A stretch of 64,000 bases of DNA from Dicyema japonicum (taxonomy: Eukaryota; Animalia; Dicyemida): assembly GCA_011109175.1 (NCBI GenBank), contig RDEW01000007.1, positions 1,675,842 to 1,739,841 of the forward strand, read 5' to 3'. The notes below the pieces were generated by a model. That model was not told the DNA's origin. It was given only the letters and a program-made list of their open reading frames with translations, and ran no database searches. This document shows, in pieces, positions 1 to 14,649 of this stretch (position 1 is its first letter; the number at the start of each line of letters is the position of its first letter). A program made the translations under genes and the position numbers.

Positions 1-399
1 TTTTATCGCCCCTTATTTCACAAGTTAAAAAGTTATTACCACGTACAGAAATTATTTAAGAAATATTTTTGTTTTATTTAAAAATCATAATTTTAATGAA
101 ATCTCTGTGGTTTATGAGTATTCACAAGATTTTCTAAATTTGCCTTTTTTTGTAAGTTCAATCTTTACATCTCCTCTTGTGCATTTATTTTGTTTCGTTT
201 TTTCCCGATGACATTTTTTCCTATACTCAAAGGTATTTAGAAGTTGACCTTGTGACTATTTCTACTTGTCTTCCGACTTCATTAATGAAGAATTTGTAAT
301 TAATGTTCGTAAAATCAATAATTCTCAGTGAAACTCCAAAATATGAAAGTTTTGAATGATATCTTAGCGTGAACTTTATAATCCTATTGAGATCTCTCT

Positions 400-1690
400 G
401 AGTGTAGTCTTCAAAAGGTGAAACCTCATCACCCTTTGCCACATTCTGAATTGCTTTACTTGTCCAGTGGAGCTGTTTCGATCCAGTTTCGTATGTACTC
501 GTTCCATCACAATTTGGTTGTGGTCACTTCTCGTTTCGTATAAGACTGACCATGCAATCTTCGATGCAAGTGGAGCAGAACAGAGAGTCACGACAGGTAA
601 AGTTTCTCTGAATGGTGTCCTTTTGTTTTTTGAAGGATCGTTCAAAATCGTTGGAGTGTCCGAGAAGACAGCCAAAGGGGATGCTTGGCATTGACATTCA
701 GGTCCACGCAGATGATGAACTCATCGAAAATAGTCAATCTTAAAGAATTGGATTATCATAGCCCTTGGGGGCATGAGTCAGGAGGAGGAACGTAGACGTT
801 CATAAGAAATAGACTTCCATTTGTTGTATTCAATGAGATTACGATTACTTCAGTAACCTCATCATCCCCAATGCACTGTTTCACCACTTAAGTGATGTCC
901 TCGCATTTCAGATTTTATAGAGTTATTAGGCCTCCGCCTTTTCTATATTTCCTGTCCATCCTAATAGACCTGTAGCCGGGGAATAAAGGAGTAGGATCAT
1001 TCATGCAGAGTTTAGTTTCTTGAATCATAGCCACGTCGATCTTCTGATTTTCCAGGATTGAACGGAGTTCCCTGATCTTGCCTTTAGTCCATTGATGTTC
1101 AATTGGAGAGCAGCAAATTTCCTTTCTCCACGGTGGGCTGAGGAGGAATGGACTAATTTTAAAACATATCACCGGGGGGTCGACGATGACCCCGGGAGGA
1201 GGTCTAATGGTCCTCTTTGGGTGGGCATTAGGTTCTTCCTGAGCGTTTCCAAAATTTGTCGAATTGCTGAACTACATAACGCCACGTTTAATTTTTTTAA
1301 CCCCGAAAAGGGAACACCAAGAAAGAAGGAGTAAACAACTAATTAAGTGATCCGGTACGCCTCAACATGATCGAGAGTTTTTCCTATGTTCCTCCAGAGT
1401 ACCCACGGCTTTCCTGGATAGACGACGATCATCTTTCATTAGAGTTTGAAGAGGGGTGGGTTTTTCCCAATTTCGTGTATTTGAGGCCTCTAGCCTTGAA
1501 TGAAAGAATCGACTTGTTTCTTGACCGCACAGACCGATGAAGCCGAGTTATTTTTGATTGCGGCGTGTCAAGCATTGGGGAAAAGATCGGGGGTAGATTT
1601 GTTAGACGTGCAAGTTTGCCTGTTAAGAGTTGATCTTGTATGAATTGGATATTGAAACTCCATAGGCCCATGAGACACAAGCAGTTAATT
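400..1690 (-). mobile_element. Degenerate 5' part (APE endonuclease) of an L2/Jockey-like LINE, with a LINE 3'-tail fragment nested at ~1285-1430
   Basis: APE motifs KIRELRSILENQKIDVAMIQETKL...GYRSIRMDR..GGGLITL (915-1172) and LND...RTP...SDHNQI (376-675). The nested piece resembles the LINE C-terminus at 15820. Confidence 0.75.
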
Positions 1691-1784
1691 AAAAAAAGTA
1701 CATTTTCAACATAAGGAGATAATCATTTAATTTTGATGAAATTAAATTAAATTAATATTTAATGAGTGTTTAAAATATTTAATT

Positions 1785-2646
1785 ATGAGGATTCTTGTTG
1801 GATGTAAGCGAGTCATCGACTTTGCCGTAAAAGTATATGTAAGTGTAAACATAACAGGTTCGTCTAACTCCCGACAGATCGGCTGTGCTGACGGAAGGAG
1901 TGAAGCATTCGATGAATCCCTTTGATGAAGTGGCTTTGGAAGAGGCCATAAAGCTGAAAGAGATGGGTCACGCATCTGAAATTCTGGCAGTTTCATGTGG
2001 TCCTAAGGAATGCAAAGTAATTTTATTAATAAAGTTTAGGAAACATTAAGGACTGCTTTAGCCATGGGGGCTGATCGAGCGGTGCACGTGCAGATGGGAT
2101 CAGTCTCAGGTTCTTAAGGCAGAGTCGTTGTTTTTTCGCCAAAATCTTTGCAAAAATGGTAAAATCTGAGAATATTGATCTTGTTTTGTTGGGAAAACAG
2201 GCCATCGACACAGACAGTGGTCAGACTTCCCCAATGTTGGCTTCTTTGCTAGGCTGGCCTCAAGTATTGAGAGTCCACTCATATTCAGGCTACCGTGGCG
2301 TCGAAAATAGAGCTTATGGAAGAGGGAAAGTTTAAAGTTGTCAGAGAAATTGATTCCGGACTTGAAACATTGGAGATCAAACTTCCCTGTGTGATCTCTG
2401 CTGATTTACGATTAAATGTTCCTCGTTATGCCACCCTTCCTAATATTATGGTTAACGCTGATTTATTATTCAAAGAAAGCAAAGAAGAAGCCATTAAGTG
2501 AGGTCACCTTGGAGGAGTTGGAGATTCCAGTCGGGAATCATTTTGAAATAAAAGAATTGAAAATGCCAGAGAATAAGAGATCTAAAATGATGCTTGGGGA
2601 TGCCAAGGCTCTATTTGATCGACTTAGAGATGACGGACATATTTAA
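1785..2646 (+). CDS. ETFB: Electron transfer flavoprotein beta subunit (5 exons)
   Basis: [16 protein letters not shown]|[19 protein letters not shown]..|[23 protein letters not shown]|..READ through to [10 protein letters not shown]|KAKKKP. Introns 1833-1857, 2017-2039, 2264-2288, 2451-2475. Two homopolymer frameshifts near 2096-2136. Confidence 0.96.
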
Positions 2647-3599
2647 CCACTTTACTAATTTATAATTCGATTATTTTATGTTTAGACGACATTACAACAG
2701 CGTAGTGTATTCAACGCTTTTTGAGCTCAAAGCATCGGGTTTCCAAATTCTACGAGTTTTCTAGAAAGGGAAGACGAGGAATTTCAGCCTTCATTTTATG
2801 CAATAAAATTTTTCCAATAGTATATTTGTCCTTTTAGTTAAAAGTCTTTATTTTTTCTTTAAAAATGCTGTGTCATTAATATTATTATTAATGAGTAGGG
2901 CAACCAAATGCTATGAAATCATATTTTTTTTAAACTATTTTTTTTAAAAATACACCTGTGATGCCTGTCGCGCTTAAAGTCTTCATATCTAGTTCGCTCA
3001 CTTTTTCGGAAATATTTTTATTTGTTCAAAACTTTATTTTATTTAAGAAAGAATTTATTTTGCGCGGTAAAGCCAAATCGTTATGTTTTTTATGAGGTCG
3101 AATAGTAATCAGGTTTATTTCTATTTTTTGAAATTTTTAATTGCCATTCATGCAGCAAAAGTTAGCTTCTCTCACAAATTTATATGCCCAAAGTGCAGAC
3201 TGCCTGAATGACCACAAAACTTACGGTTCTGTAGGAAGCTGTGGGCTTACATTTATATACTGAGGATACATTCATATCCATATGAAGATTTTTAAGGGCA
3301 TCAAAAAGACAGCTTTAGAAAATCTTATAAGTTGGTTTCCTTAATTAGAGTCTCATTTTGTATTTTGACGTCCTTATTTTTCTGTTATTGTATGAATTAA
3401 CAAAGTTAATCACTCCTAGGTAATATTTGCTGAAGCATCTGGAGAACTATGGGAATCGCTGGTGATCATTTGATATGAGTCCAGAAAAGTCACTTAATTT
3501 ATTAATTGCAGGATCACTGACAAGATAGCAGTTAACGACTAGTCAATTGTATTTAGTTCTCATAATCAGAGTCAAATGAGACAAGTTCATTAAAAACTA

Positions 3600-3815
3600 A
3601 TATTAAAACTGCATTTTACGAAGAGTCACTAATCGATGAGGGAGAACCAAGGATTGCTCTTCACTTCATATGTTAATTGTGAGTCCTTTTATAGACGAAC
3701 AGATTCTCCAGTGAGATGCTCACTGATGACGGCGTCACTCGTCAAGCCAAAGCATCGTAGATGCGTGGAACCTTCAGCCAGAATGTACAGCCGCTAGATT
3801 AGAACTAGGGACATC
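3600..3815 (-). mobile_element. tRNA-derived SINE family A copy
   Basis: Shares the core ctgatgacggcgtcactc...gcatcgtagatgcgtggaacctt with the copy at 14297-14623. Confidence 0.75.
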
Positions 3816-3955
3816 AAAAAAAATTTTACTCGAAACGTGTTTATTATTTTTTTGTTTGATCTGAAAGTTCACTAACACAGAAAGCTCATTTTTATGCAAG
3901 AAATTGTTAGCCAATTAAGGTCTCTAATAATAGCGGACAAAATATTTTTTGATTA

Positions 3956-5786
3956 CAGTCAAACCCCTCTAACCGATTCCTCTCGGACCGACAGAATTGT
4001 CCGGTATAGAGGGGAGGCCGGTATATTGAACAAGTCATTAAATTTACTTATAACGAAAAAGTGAAACAGTAAAATTAATAGAAATCTGTCAATAAGGATT
4101 GCCTCGTATTTAGCTTCGATTCAGCAATCGCTTTATTGTTCAGATAGATCAGTCTGTTGACGGGATCGAGTAATGCAGGGTCTTGAGTGCAAGCAAAGTG
4201 GCAGATTTGGTCTAACATTTGTTAAACATTTGTGCGTGTTAATTTTTCTATATGTTTTGGCTCTGATTGCTTATCAGAATCTGAGTCACTGTCATTATCT
4301 TCAGAAGCTGAGACTGTTTGGTATTGCTCAACTAGGGATGATTCCCAATCTTTAGGATTTTCAGTGGGTAGTTCCAAGTCTAAGTTGACAAATTCTTCTT
4401 CTGTCATTGGATTATCGACTAGTCTATTCATGAGGAGTATGAACAGTAAATTGTTTTCAGGATTGTCGTTTATATATATTTTGACTGGAATGCCACACTT
4501 ATTAAAGCAGAGGGAGATTGTGTTTGATTTCACGTCCATCCAAGCTGTGCTAATCCACCGGATAGCATCCAAAGAAATTTTTTTGCAAGTGGTGTCGCAT
4601 TGGTTTCTGTGTCCATTTAGGCAAAAGGTTGAGTCATTAGTAGTCTTCTGCATCATTCTTTAAATGACCGAATAATTCCTCAATCCAGAGGCTGTATGAC
4701 ACTAGTTGTGCTAACTGGAAGAATTCTGAGTTCCACGTTGGAATATTTTACGTTTGGTGAATGTGATGCTGCATTATTCAAAAACATAATAATTTTTCGT
4801 TTCTGGCGCATCATCTGCATGTTTCTTGCAACCATTTTGAAAACAATTTCGATGTCATCCAGGCTGTAACGTTGGAGCAGTAAATGACAAGTAATTTATT
4901 CAGATTAATATTCTTTAAACATCGGGGTTTTCGAGACTTGCCAATTGCAATTGCCTTTAGCTTTTCTCCTGTCGAACTGCATGCAAGCATTACAGTAAAA
5001 CGTTCCTTCGACTTCTTTGATCCACTATGATGATTACCTCTTACTGACAGTGCTTTATCAGGAAGGACACGATATAATAGTCCGGCTTCGTCGCAGTTAA
5101 ATGTATCCTCTGGTCGATATCCCTCAATTAGAAAAGGTACACTTTCCATCCAGTCAGAAACAACATCACTGTCAACATTTGCTTTTTCACCACTGATACA
5201 GTATGACTAGATTGAGTAATGAGACTTCCACCTGCATAACCAGCCAGTGGAAGCTTTAAAATCATTTTCGCCCAGTGCTTTAGCAAACTCTGTAGCTTTT
5301 GCGATAATAATTGGTCCTGACAAACAAAAGTTTTTGGAACGTGTATCTGGAACCACTCCTAAGTGATTTTATTAAAATTTTCAAATTTACAGTTGTTGTC
5401 AAAACGTTTTTTAGCAGAATTTTTGAATAATTCCAAATAAATATCAGCCTTTTTAAGTATGTCTGATACAGTGCTGCATCCAACTCATACTTCTTGCTGA
5501 GAAATTTTTGTGTCGGCTTAGGTATTTGGTTCGATTCATTTATTATTTGAATTTTCTTCTTTAAAGACAATTCGCAACGTAATCGTTTTCTTTGCGGAGC
5601 TATCATTTTTTAGTTTTTGATTTTCTGTCGAGTTGTTCGCAATAATCTCTATCGTTGTTCGCATTCAAGGTTAAAGACGATTAATAGGATTAGATCAAAG
5701 ATTGATGTCAGAAGACCGTTTATGATAAAAGAAAATTCAAGTTGGGACCACAAAATACGGCCGGTATTCGGAATAGAGGAGATGTA
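3956..5786 (-). mobile_element. Tigger/pogo (CENP-B HTH + DDE_1) DNA transposon, frameshifted
   Basis: FNCDEAGLLYR..SKKSKERFTVMLACSSTGEKLK..IGKSRKPRCLK..AWMT and a CENP-B-like N-terminus. TA + cagtcaaacccctct TIR-like end at 3954, degenerate counterpart near 5765-5786. Confidence 0.9.
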
Positions 5787-6184
5787 ATCGAGAAGTCGTC
5801 AAGCCAATCTTATCGCAGACCATTTAGTTAAGTTCTTTAATGTTTATGCTACATCAATTCCTCCTTTTGGGACCTCCTAAGAAGACCTTTGGATAGGTTA
5901 ATTATTGATTCTTCTCTTTGACATTGTATGAGAGTTACTATTGCAGCAAATTATTTGGGGGTGATAGACTATTCTAAGAACAGAACGTTAAGATTATTCA
6001 ATTGAGGAAGCATTTTTGGACCTCAACAGATTCACTTACAAAACATATCCTTACTAAATTAATGAATTTATTTCCAAAAACTTCAAATGACAGGGATTTT
6101 GAAAATACTAAATTTCCGTTAAAGTGGAAAAACTTAATAAATATAGCCTAAAAATAATTCACATGAGGATTGCTTACTGTTGTA

Positions 6185-6455
6185 AGAATAATAACAACAC
6201 AGTCCTTCCGCCAAGGAGTAGTAGTGCTTCTATTATTAATCCTCAGCTTAGGCAGAACTCACAATTTATTTAAGAACAGCCATACTAATTAATCCTGGAC
6301 AGTTATTCCAAGGCATTGAAAATGTTCTTGGTTTCTCGTTCTTTTTTTGTGTGCGAGTCCCAGAAGACATTCCGGTTCCGTAGTGATGAAACACTGAACG
6401 GCGTCACTCATCAACTCAGACGCAGATTCGTGGAAGCTGTAGAAACTTCAGGATT
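6185..6455 (-). mobile_element. SINE family A copy with alternative 3' tail
   Basis: Core cggcgtcactcatcaa. The tail matches 52500-52545 in reverse complement. Confidence 0.65.
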
Positions 6456-7121
6456 ATGTTGCTTGAGATAAATTGATCTAAAAAATATAAAATAATTATT
6501 AAAACTCCTAACTGTGTTTTGTCGTCAAAAATAATAAGATAAATGCCATATGCTTGAATTTACCTCATAAATAGACTAAATCACTTGCGAACCTGTCCTG
6601 GGCTTAATTTACCTCGTAATAGACTTACTTTCTGTCAATTAAGACCAATCCTTCGGCGACCAGAAAGCTACTCATGCTACTTTACAATAATTGTTGACAC
6701 ACAAACCTTCAACTGTGTAATAATTTTATAACGACTAACCTAATTTCAGTTTAACTGAAATAACATACAGCTTTCAGCACCTTGTTTATTAGGCAGGGGG
6801 CTTCCGGAAAACTACTAGAAAAAAACTTGGAATGTAATTCTAGATTACTGCTAAAAATTGAGCATTAAAATCTTTAGGTAATTCTTATTCTAATTTTGTA
6901 GAAGGAATCCCCACATGTTTCCCTGCCCGACCAGTGGACTACGCGGCTTACAGGGACTTTCCTTAAAGTTAGGTTGAGTTATACATTAGTCCTATTTACT
7001 AGCTTAGACATTCTTTACAAGTAAATGGCGATTAAATCGATAAATGCCAATCGAAGAAAAATTCTAAATTAGGCAACCGATAGTTGAGATATAAATAAGA
7101 AGGTTACCAACGACCGGCAAA

Positions 7122-8328
<1,207 letters not shown>

Positions 8329-8974
8329 ATTTGTTTGGTTGATTATATTTTACTAATCCTTCTTTCCTTTTAATCTTTGGTTTTCTTTAAATGGTTCACG
8401 TTATGTGGGTTGGTGTAATAGACTGATTAATAAAATAAGAGTCAATACAGATCGGTCTCAATAAAGAGTTGATTGAGGATCGATACAGTTGACCTCCCAT
8501 ACTAGTGGCTTCCTCTCTTGGAATGATTGTAATTCTATCTGGCCGTATTAAGTCTAATTTAAGTTGACTTTTTTAATTACTTTCGGGTTAAAGGCTTTGG
8601 ATTTGACTCCTACGAGGGTTAAATGCCATTTGGTGTTAAAGGCTCTGGTTTGTAGTTTTTTAGTACAAAAGTTTTCTTAGTTTATGGTTGTGACTTGTTT
8701 AATAAGCTTATCTGTCTCCTTAATATGAGTCTTCTAACTTTTCTAAGGAGAATTTATATTTCTCAAATTTGACTCACTGTGTGTGTCATGTTCCTTACGC
8801 AGGATCAATTTTACTGATATCTTGGAGTGTCCGTGTACGGCAGTTATGTTTTTAAGCCACCGGTTTCTTCCACGTGAAGAGACAAGGGATAAATAAACGC
8901 CACAGTCCCATTGGTTATATTCCACAATTTCATTATTTGACAAATAATCGATCATAAACAAATTTTAATCGGCA

Positions 8975-9242
8975 TTGAGGCCCCTGGTTCGAATCCTACT
9001 GCTGTACATTCCGGCTGAAGGTTCCACCATCTTCGAAGCATTGGCTTGAAGAGTGACGCCGTCATCATTGAAAAATCACTGTGCACGAATCGTCTATAAA
9101 AGACTCACACGCACAAAAATAAAAAAATTAAAGACCATTTCTTGGTTCGCTACGATTACTTAGCATTTCATTACTTAAAGTGTGTCCTGTCTGAATGGAG
9201 CTATAGGTAATATGGCTTCTGCGTGAAGTGCAGTATTATATG
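8975..9242 (+). mobile_element. SINE family A copy (B-box ggttcgaatc, core, RTE-like tail)
   Basis: ggttcgaatcc, gaaggttccac, gagtgacgccgtcatca; tail atatggcttctgcgtgaagtgc. Confidence 0.75.
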
Positions 9243-9379
9243 AGGATTCTATTCAGCTCTAGGCTTTAAAATAAAAGAAATCGATGGTTTAATGGTAAAG
9301 TCGCAGAATAAAAAATATACATTTAGACCGATTATAGTTTTTTAGAGCAACATGTGCCAAAAATTTCTAACCAGTGATC

Positions 9380-9920
9380 CACTTTTACTTTTTTCCCTTA
9401 TCTAAAATAGATGGTACAAAGCACATGTGCAAGTGATACATGGGTCGACGTATTGTTTGTATAATTATTCTTGAGTGGTTTCCGATCATCAAAGAGAGGC
9501 TTTTCACTAGAATTGTCTTGTATTTTGTCAGCATATCGACGTGCGTTGAGAAGCACACGCGTACATCAAGGGTTACCCCCAAGATTTTTAGGATTGCTAA
9601 AGGGATTATGCCATTGTTTGCATTTAGATCGACTGTTCGTCTTCCCAATCTATTTCCTGATGCGAAAGGAAAGTAATAGACTTTTCTTTGGTAGTCGATT
9701 CTCCTACTGGATATTTCAATCCTCAGAGGCCTGGAAGATATCATTGGCGTATGCAACGGGAATATCATTTTCACTACCCAATTTAGGGAAGTCCGCCAAC
9801 ACTAGCCATCTATTTCTTATGCACGCGCCTTGTAGAGTCATCCATTCCGTATAAATAGTGAGAAGATCATGGGTATCTAAAATGACGGGACAATGCACTT
9901 GATGTCCTATCAATCCCATT
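9380..9920 (-). mobile_element. Degenerate L2/Jockey-like RT C-terminal fragment
   Basis: VAYANDI (YADD equivalent) and KILGVTLD. Confidence 0.7.
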
Positions 9921-10339
9921 CTATTGTATTCAATCCTATCAATACTTTCCTATTCTGTTCTATCCTTTTTTTGATTTCCTTGTTCTACTATGGGTAATAG
10001 TCCAATGTTACCAGTACATCCATAGGAAATGCCACCTTACAAAAGCACGGAAATTGTGGGTCTTCTGTCTGCTGTTTTTTTATATTGGCTGCGTTAAACT
10101 AAGATAATTCTGGAAATCTTAAATACCTGGACTTTCCATTTATGCACTTTTTCGGTCCGTCCGAAAAATGTTTTCTCTCTGATTTTGCCATTCCATGCTA
10201 CCAGTCGTCCATCGCAAGAAGCCGTGGCTAAACCAACTCAATTTTATTCCTGCCACGGATTGAGTCTGAACCTTGCACTTGAAGCGGATGTGCAGCAGTG
10301 AACAGCAAACGGGCTTGGTGTTCTGAAGATCTTTACCTC

Positions 10340-10640
10340 TCAAAGTACTGAGATAAAATCCTTTGTAAAAAAAACTAAATTAACTTGAAACGTGCGCAGA
10401 TACCCATCATAGCACATTCTGAATGCAGAGTCTGCTGAGAATTTGTGGTCTTGGCTCAATGCCTTCCCTGTACGGGAAGTTGGTACTCTGCTTGACGGGA
10501 ATACAATCCGCGTTGGAGTTCCTCTTCGGCTAGGTCTTGACATCTGCTTTGAACATTGATGCGATGTGGTGGATGGTTAACAGGAAAGGACTACACCCAG
10601 TGTCATGGTGACAGATTCTCTCTTCACGCTATGTTAAAAC
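10340..10640 (+). mobile_element. CRE-clade retrotransposon fragment
   Basis: WLNAFPVREVGTLLDGNTIRVGV.LRLGLD.C, homologous to 38725-38830. Confidence 0.7.
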
Positions 10641-10819
10641 GCGACTGTCATGAGAGCTACGTAAAACGCCAGGTTCGTCTGATTTATCAGGTTAATTTTG
10701 CGGGAAACGGAAGGGGGAACTTAAATGATGCGATGGCTTTTCCAGAACATTGGGCTTGCGATTATGAGAAGTTACTCCCATTGCGTGATCAATGCAGGCT
10801 ATAATGGAGACCTGTCATT

Positions 10820-11050
10820 AAATTAAAATTAATTTCCAAAGACCAAGGGTAACCAAGCTAACTAACTCCTCGATCCTGACTCGTTCAAGCAGTCCAGAAC
10901 TTGTCACCAGGTACAACGTTGTCCCCGTGGAAGAATTGTTGGATCCTCCTGATGCCGGCAGGTATTGGGCGCCTCCTCAGTAAGGTGGTGGATCCAGTAG
11001 GAAGGAAAATAATTTTGACAAACTATCAACGTAGCCACATGGCGCCACGA
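10820..11050 (-). mobile_element. L2-like LINE 3'-end fragment
   Basis: Reverse complement ends ...LERVRIEE ttagttagcttggttacccttggtcttt, like the LINE tail at 60840. Confidence 0.5.
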
Positions 11051-11167
11051 GATTTTTAAAACTCAGGATTTATTGACAAATGGAAAAATGTAAAACTCAC
11101 TGAGAATATCGCTAAAGATGTGAATAATATTTTTATTTTTTTAGGCTTTTTAACAGAAATTAAATGA

Positions 11168-11282
11168 ATAATTATACTTGCCTGTAAGCATCTGTTCTCA
11201 GTTGACCACGAAGTTAAGCCGTTATAGGCTGTGTTAGTACTTGGCTGGGTGACCGCTTGTGAACTCACGTCCTAAGTTTTTA
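11168..11282 (+). ncRNA. 5S rRNA-like sequence (divergent 5S gene, pseudogene or SINE3 head)
   Basis: Box A-like gaagttaagc, box C-like ttagtacttggctgggtgacc and a T-run terminator at about 120 nt spacing. Confidence 0.7.
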
Positions 11283-12304
11283 TTTCTGAGGCTCGCACTT
11301 GCTGCAAAGGCTCAATTGGAAAGACAAGATAGGGGCTGACACAGAAACAGCGGAATATAAATTGGATTAGTTTCTAGATTATTTGCGCCAAGCTATATTT
11401 TTTAACTTAATATATATAGAGCGGTTGAGCGGTTTAGAGGGATTCTAAGGCTAAAGAAAGACTCAATTCTCAGGAAATTTGTGTCTGCTTACATATCCTC
11501 ATAAGCCGATTCCTCTATGTTTGGATGGAAAAATGTGCAAGGTTGGCGGAATCATCGAAATCTTATTCAATGTATCAAAAATCGCACAAAAGTATCTGAA
11601 CTTATCTTCAAAGATAACCTTGTAATTTCTTGGAGAGACTTTCTGGTTTAAGTCGGTTGGCGAGCATAACTGTTTCGTATTACTTCTCCTTAACTTACTA
11701 CCAGTCTTTCTTTTAGAAAAATGTTTCATGTTACCTGTCTCATTCATGTCAATGATAGTAGAATTAATTTTCATGTAAGTCGCATACTTTTAGAGAAGAC
11801 TGCCTACAATTGTAGCGAACAGACCCAACCTCTCCTTGTCAAGCGACTAACAAATAGTTCTCTTGGTTGTAGTTACGAGACAATACAAAGTCACGGTTCC
11901 CATATTTTTTTAATCAGGTAGAATTCTTCTGTGCAATGCCTCGCTTTATTAAAGATTTATTTAATTTTATTGTCCGCTTAAAGTCTGTTGAATCCCGCTT
12001 TCATGTCAAAATTTAATACAAGTGATCCATAAAATCACAAACATTTTTCGAAACTGCTAGATTTCCTACACAGCATCATGGGAACTAAATAAATTTTCTC
12101 TATGAAGAATAAGGGAAACAAAATTTCTTAATTTTATTTATCGAAAAGGTAAATTTTAAATTAAAATAAATATGAAATAAATGAATTAAATGAGAAATGA
12201 TAATAAACAATAAAATATTAATATTATTAAATATAAAACTGAATTTGTTAAAGTATTATACAAAAAATAAATTTAAATTACCTCAAATAATTACCTTAGT
12301 GTCT

Positions 12305-13363
12305 ATGTTTTGTGGTGCGATAATACAGGAGGCTCAGAACAGTTTGAATTCTGGCAAATTTACGAAGCACATCAACTATACAAGACTTTATACCTTCGGC
12401 ATAAAGCAAAGGGTCTCTACACGCAAATTGAGCCTCTTCTATACCAAGCATCTAACTCCCTACTATCAGAGGGTCAACAAATGCTGGGAATTGACCTGTC
12501 TTTTTACTATGTGGAAAATCTTTACAAAACAGTCTCCAAAACACAGGAAATGGAAGAAAAATGCAATGGTTTGGTCATCTAGTTAATCTTAGAGATCAGG
12601 GAATTGCTGAGTCTTATGAAGGACAAGAAACGACAGGAATTCGTAAGTAGGCTGGTGAAGTGGAGTTCCACCTATGAAGGTCAGCCTTCCTACGGGGCCC
12701 ATTTCGTCCACGAGATGATAGGTGACTTTTATTCACGTGGTGTTCATTTATTGGCTGAATTATAGAGAGTGACTTCAACAAGGCTAGATTTCACCTCATC
12801 CGTTCCTCAAACGGGGAGAAGCTGGCCAAACTTCTGGTTGGTCTCCACTATTATTCGTCCTCTTCGAAAGAAGTTGATTTGTTCGTGGCCCAGGCAGTCT
12901 TCCAGTATGTCGGGCTTGTAATCCAAGGCAACTCTGCATGGTGGCCAAGTCGGCCGCAGGGTCCACCTTCAACTCCTTTTTGGAGTTCCACCCACAACTG
13001 AAAACCACTTTCCCACATGAACTTCCTCTGTTGAATTTCCTCCACATCCTTTTGAAGACAGTGGACCTGTACAAATGATGTGACATTTTTTAGACAAGAT
13101 GAGAGGATTTTCAAGGTGATCTGCGACAAATACAAGTCGGAAATAAAGAGGGACCCCGACTATGGGCAGGTTGGGAATGTTGGTTGTATTCCAGTACTTG
13201 GAGAGGATAGGGCAGATTTATTTTGGACAGAATCCGCCTGGGAGGCGAAGCAACATGTTAGGTTGTCCCCTTGTGTTATTCGGTAGAAATGTTATTTGAT
13301 AGTTTTATGACGGGGGATGAGGAGGAAACTCAAAGGGTACACCATATGGATGATGTAGACTAA
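12305..13363 (+). CDS. GET4: Golgi-to-ER traffic protein 4 (7 exons)
   Basis: YEAHQLYKTLY..FVSRLVKWS..EVDLFVAQAVFQ..PLLNFL..RDPDYGQ|YLERIGQIYFG. Introns 12569-12592, 12740-12765, 12905-12927, 13069-13093, 13170-13194, 13262-13286. One T-run frameshift near 12360. Confidence 0.92.
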
Positions 13364-14296
13364 GTTTAATTTTTAATAAATTTTGTTGCTCTGTGATTGT
13401 AATGATTGTGCAAATTTATTGCCTAAGAAAATCGTAAATAATTGTTTTGCTTGCGCAACGCAAAAATGTCATTTTACCAAAACCTCACAAAACGCTGTTA
13501 AATAAGATCGATGTTTTATGTACTCCTTTGTAGACCCTACTCCTCTCACTAGTGAGGAGAACGGATGCGTGGTTCCTTTCATGTGAAAGTCAATTAGTAA
13601 CGCGACCCTACAGGAAGTGCGTGGGATTCAGTAAGGAACATTGAGGGATCACCTAATGGCCGCGTTTCATTTCTCTTAATTTAATGACGATTGCAAAGAA
13701 CGCAGAGAAAAAAAGTTATACGTATTTTTATAAAACAGTAAACTTTCAGCGTCTTCATCGCCGACCGATGACTACGTTGTTCCCCTTTCAAGAGAGTTTG
13801 TAAAGGTGTGGAACGTGTGGGATTTCGCAGCTTCCACTGCTGATCAATAAAATTGGTTTGAGTAGTCAGAGAAAACGGTCTTCTCTCTTCTCAATGACTA
13901 ATGAACAAAGCGAAAGAATAAAAAGATGGCCAGGGTGACCGGTTTCACGGGTTATTACCGATTTGAAGGAGTTGAGTTTTTTTTTTGTTAGAAAGTGAAA
14001 AGCTGAAAGCCTAGGTCCCACGTGAGTACTCGACCGTCGGCTTGACAAGCAGGTTGTATCGGACAAGCGAGCATCCTAATAAGACAGGAAATTTGTAATG
14101 AAATGAAAAATTATAGACCACGATAACACAAAACTAACTTCTCACGTGACCTCCAGCAGAGACCTCAAATTGGCCCTTGCTCCTCTCTTGAGCGAGCCCA
14201 CACAGCACATATTGTCCGTATAACTGGATGTTTGTAGTCACACGGGCACGTTCTCAGTTCTTATAAGGAATCCAAAGGATTGTTGCTACATTCCCA

Positions 14297-14623
14297 TAAT
14301 AATAATAACAGCCTTTTCACGAGAGCCATAATATTGATAGCTCCATAGGCAGGACACACACTTTATTTAAGTAAAGAACAGTTAATTTTAACTAATCATA
14401 GAACCAAGTAATGATCTTCACTTCTTTTTTTCTTTTTCTTGTGTGTGGGTCCTTTCTAGACAATCCAGTTCTGCAGTGAGTATCCACTGATGACGGCGTC
14501 ACTCATCAAACCCTCTCTGCATCGTAGATGCGTGGAACCTTCCACCAGGTGAACAGCGGTGAGAATCGAACCCGTAACCTAAACCACTTTAGCACGACAC
14601 CTAACCATTATGCCACCCGGCTG
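14297..14623 (-). mobile_element. Full-length tRNA-derived SINE family A
   Basis: Sense strand has A box ggtggcataatgg, B box ggttcgattc, a hairpin-rich core, an RTE-matching tail tatggctctcgtgaa and a (tta)n end. Confidence 0.85.
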
Positions 14624-14649
14624 ATAATACAAAAATGTTATAAAACATT

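Noticed and set aside
2110-2120. In-frame TAA in ETFB suggesting stop-codon reassignment
   Set aside because: It arises only in the shifted frame. TAA and TAG act as normal stops in ETFB, RPS15, GET4 and actin.
13535-13670. Hairpin-rich segment sharing caattagtaacgc with ~45871, as an HDV-like ribozyme
   Set aside because: The nested pseudoknot could not be built. Only a 13-nt match supports a repeat.
14545-14623. tRNA genes (also ~18980-19050, ~43260-43325)
   Set aside because: A/B boxes only, with no proper cloverleaf. They run into repeat bodies, so they are SINE heads.
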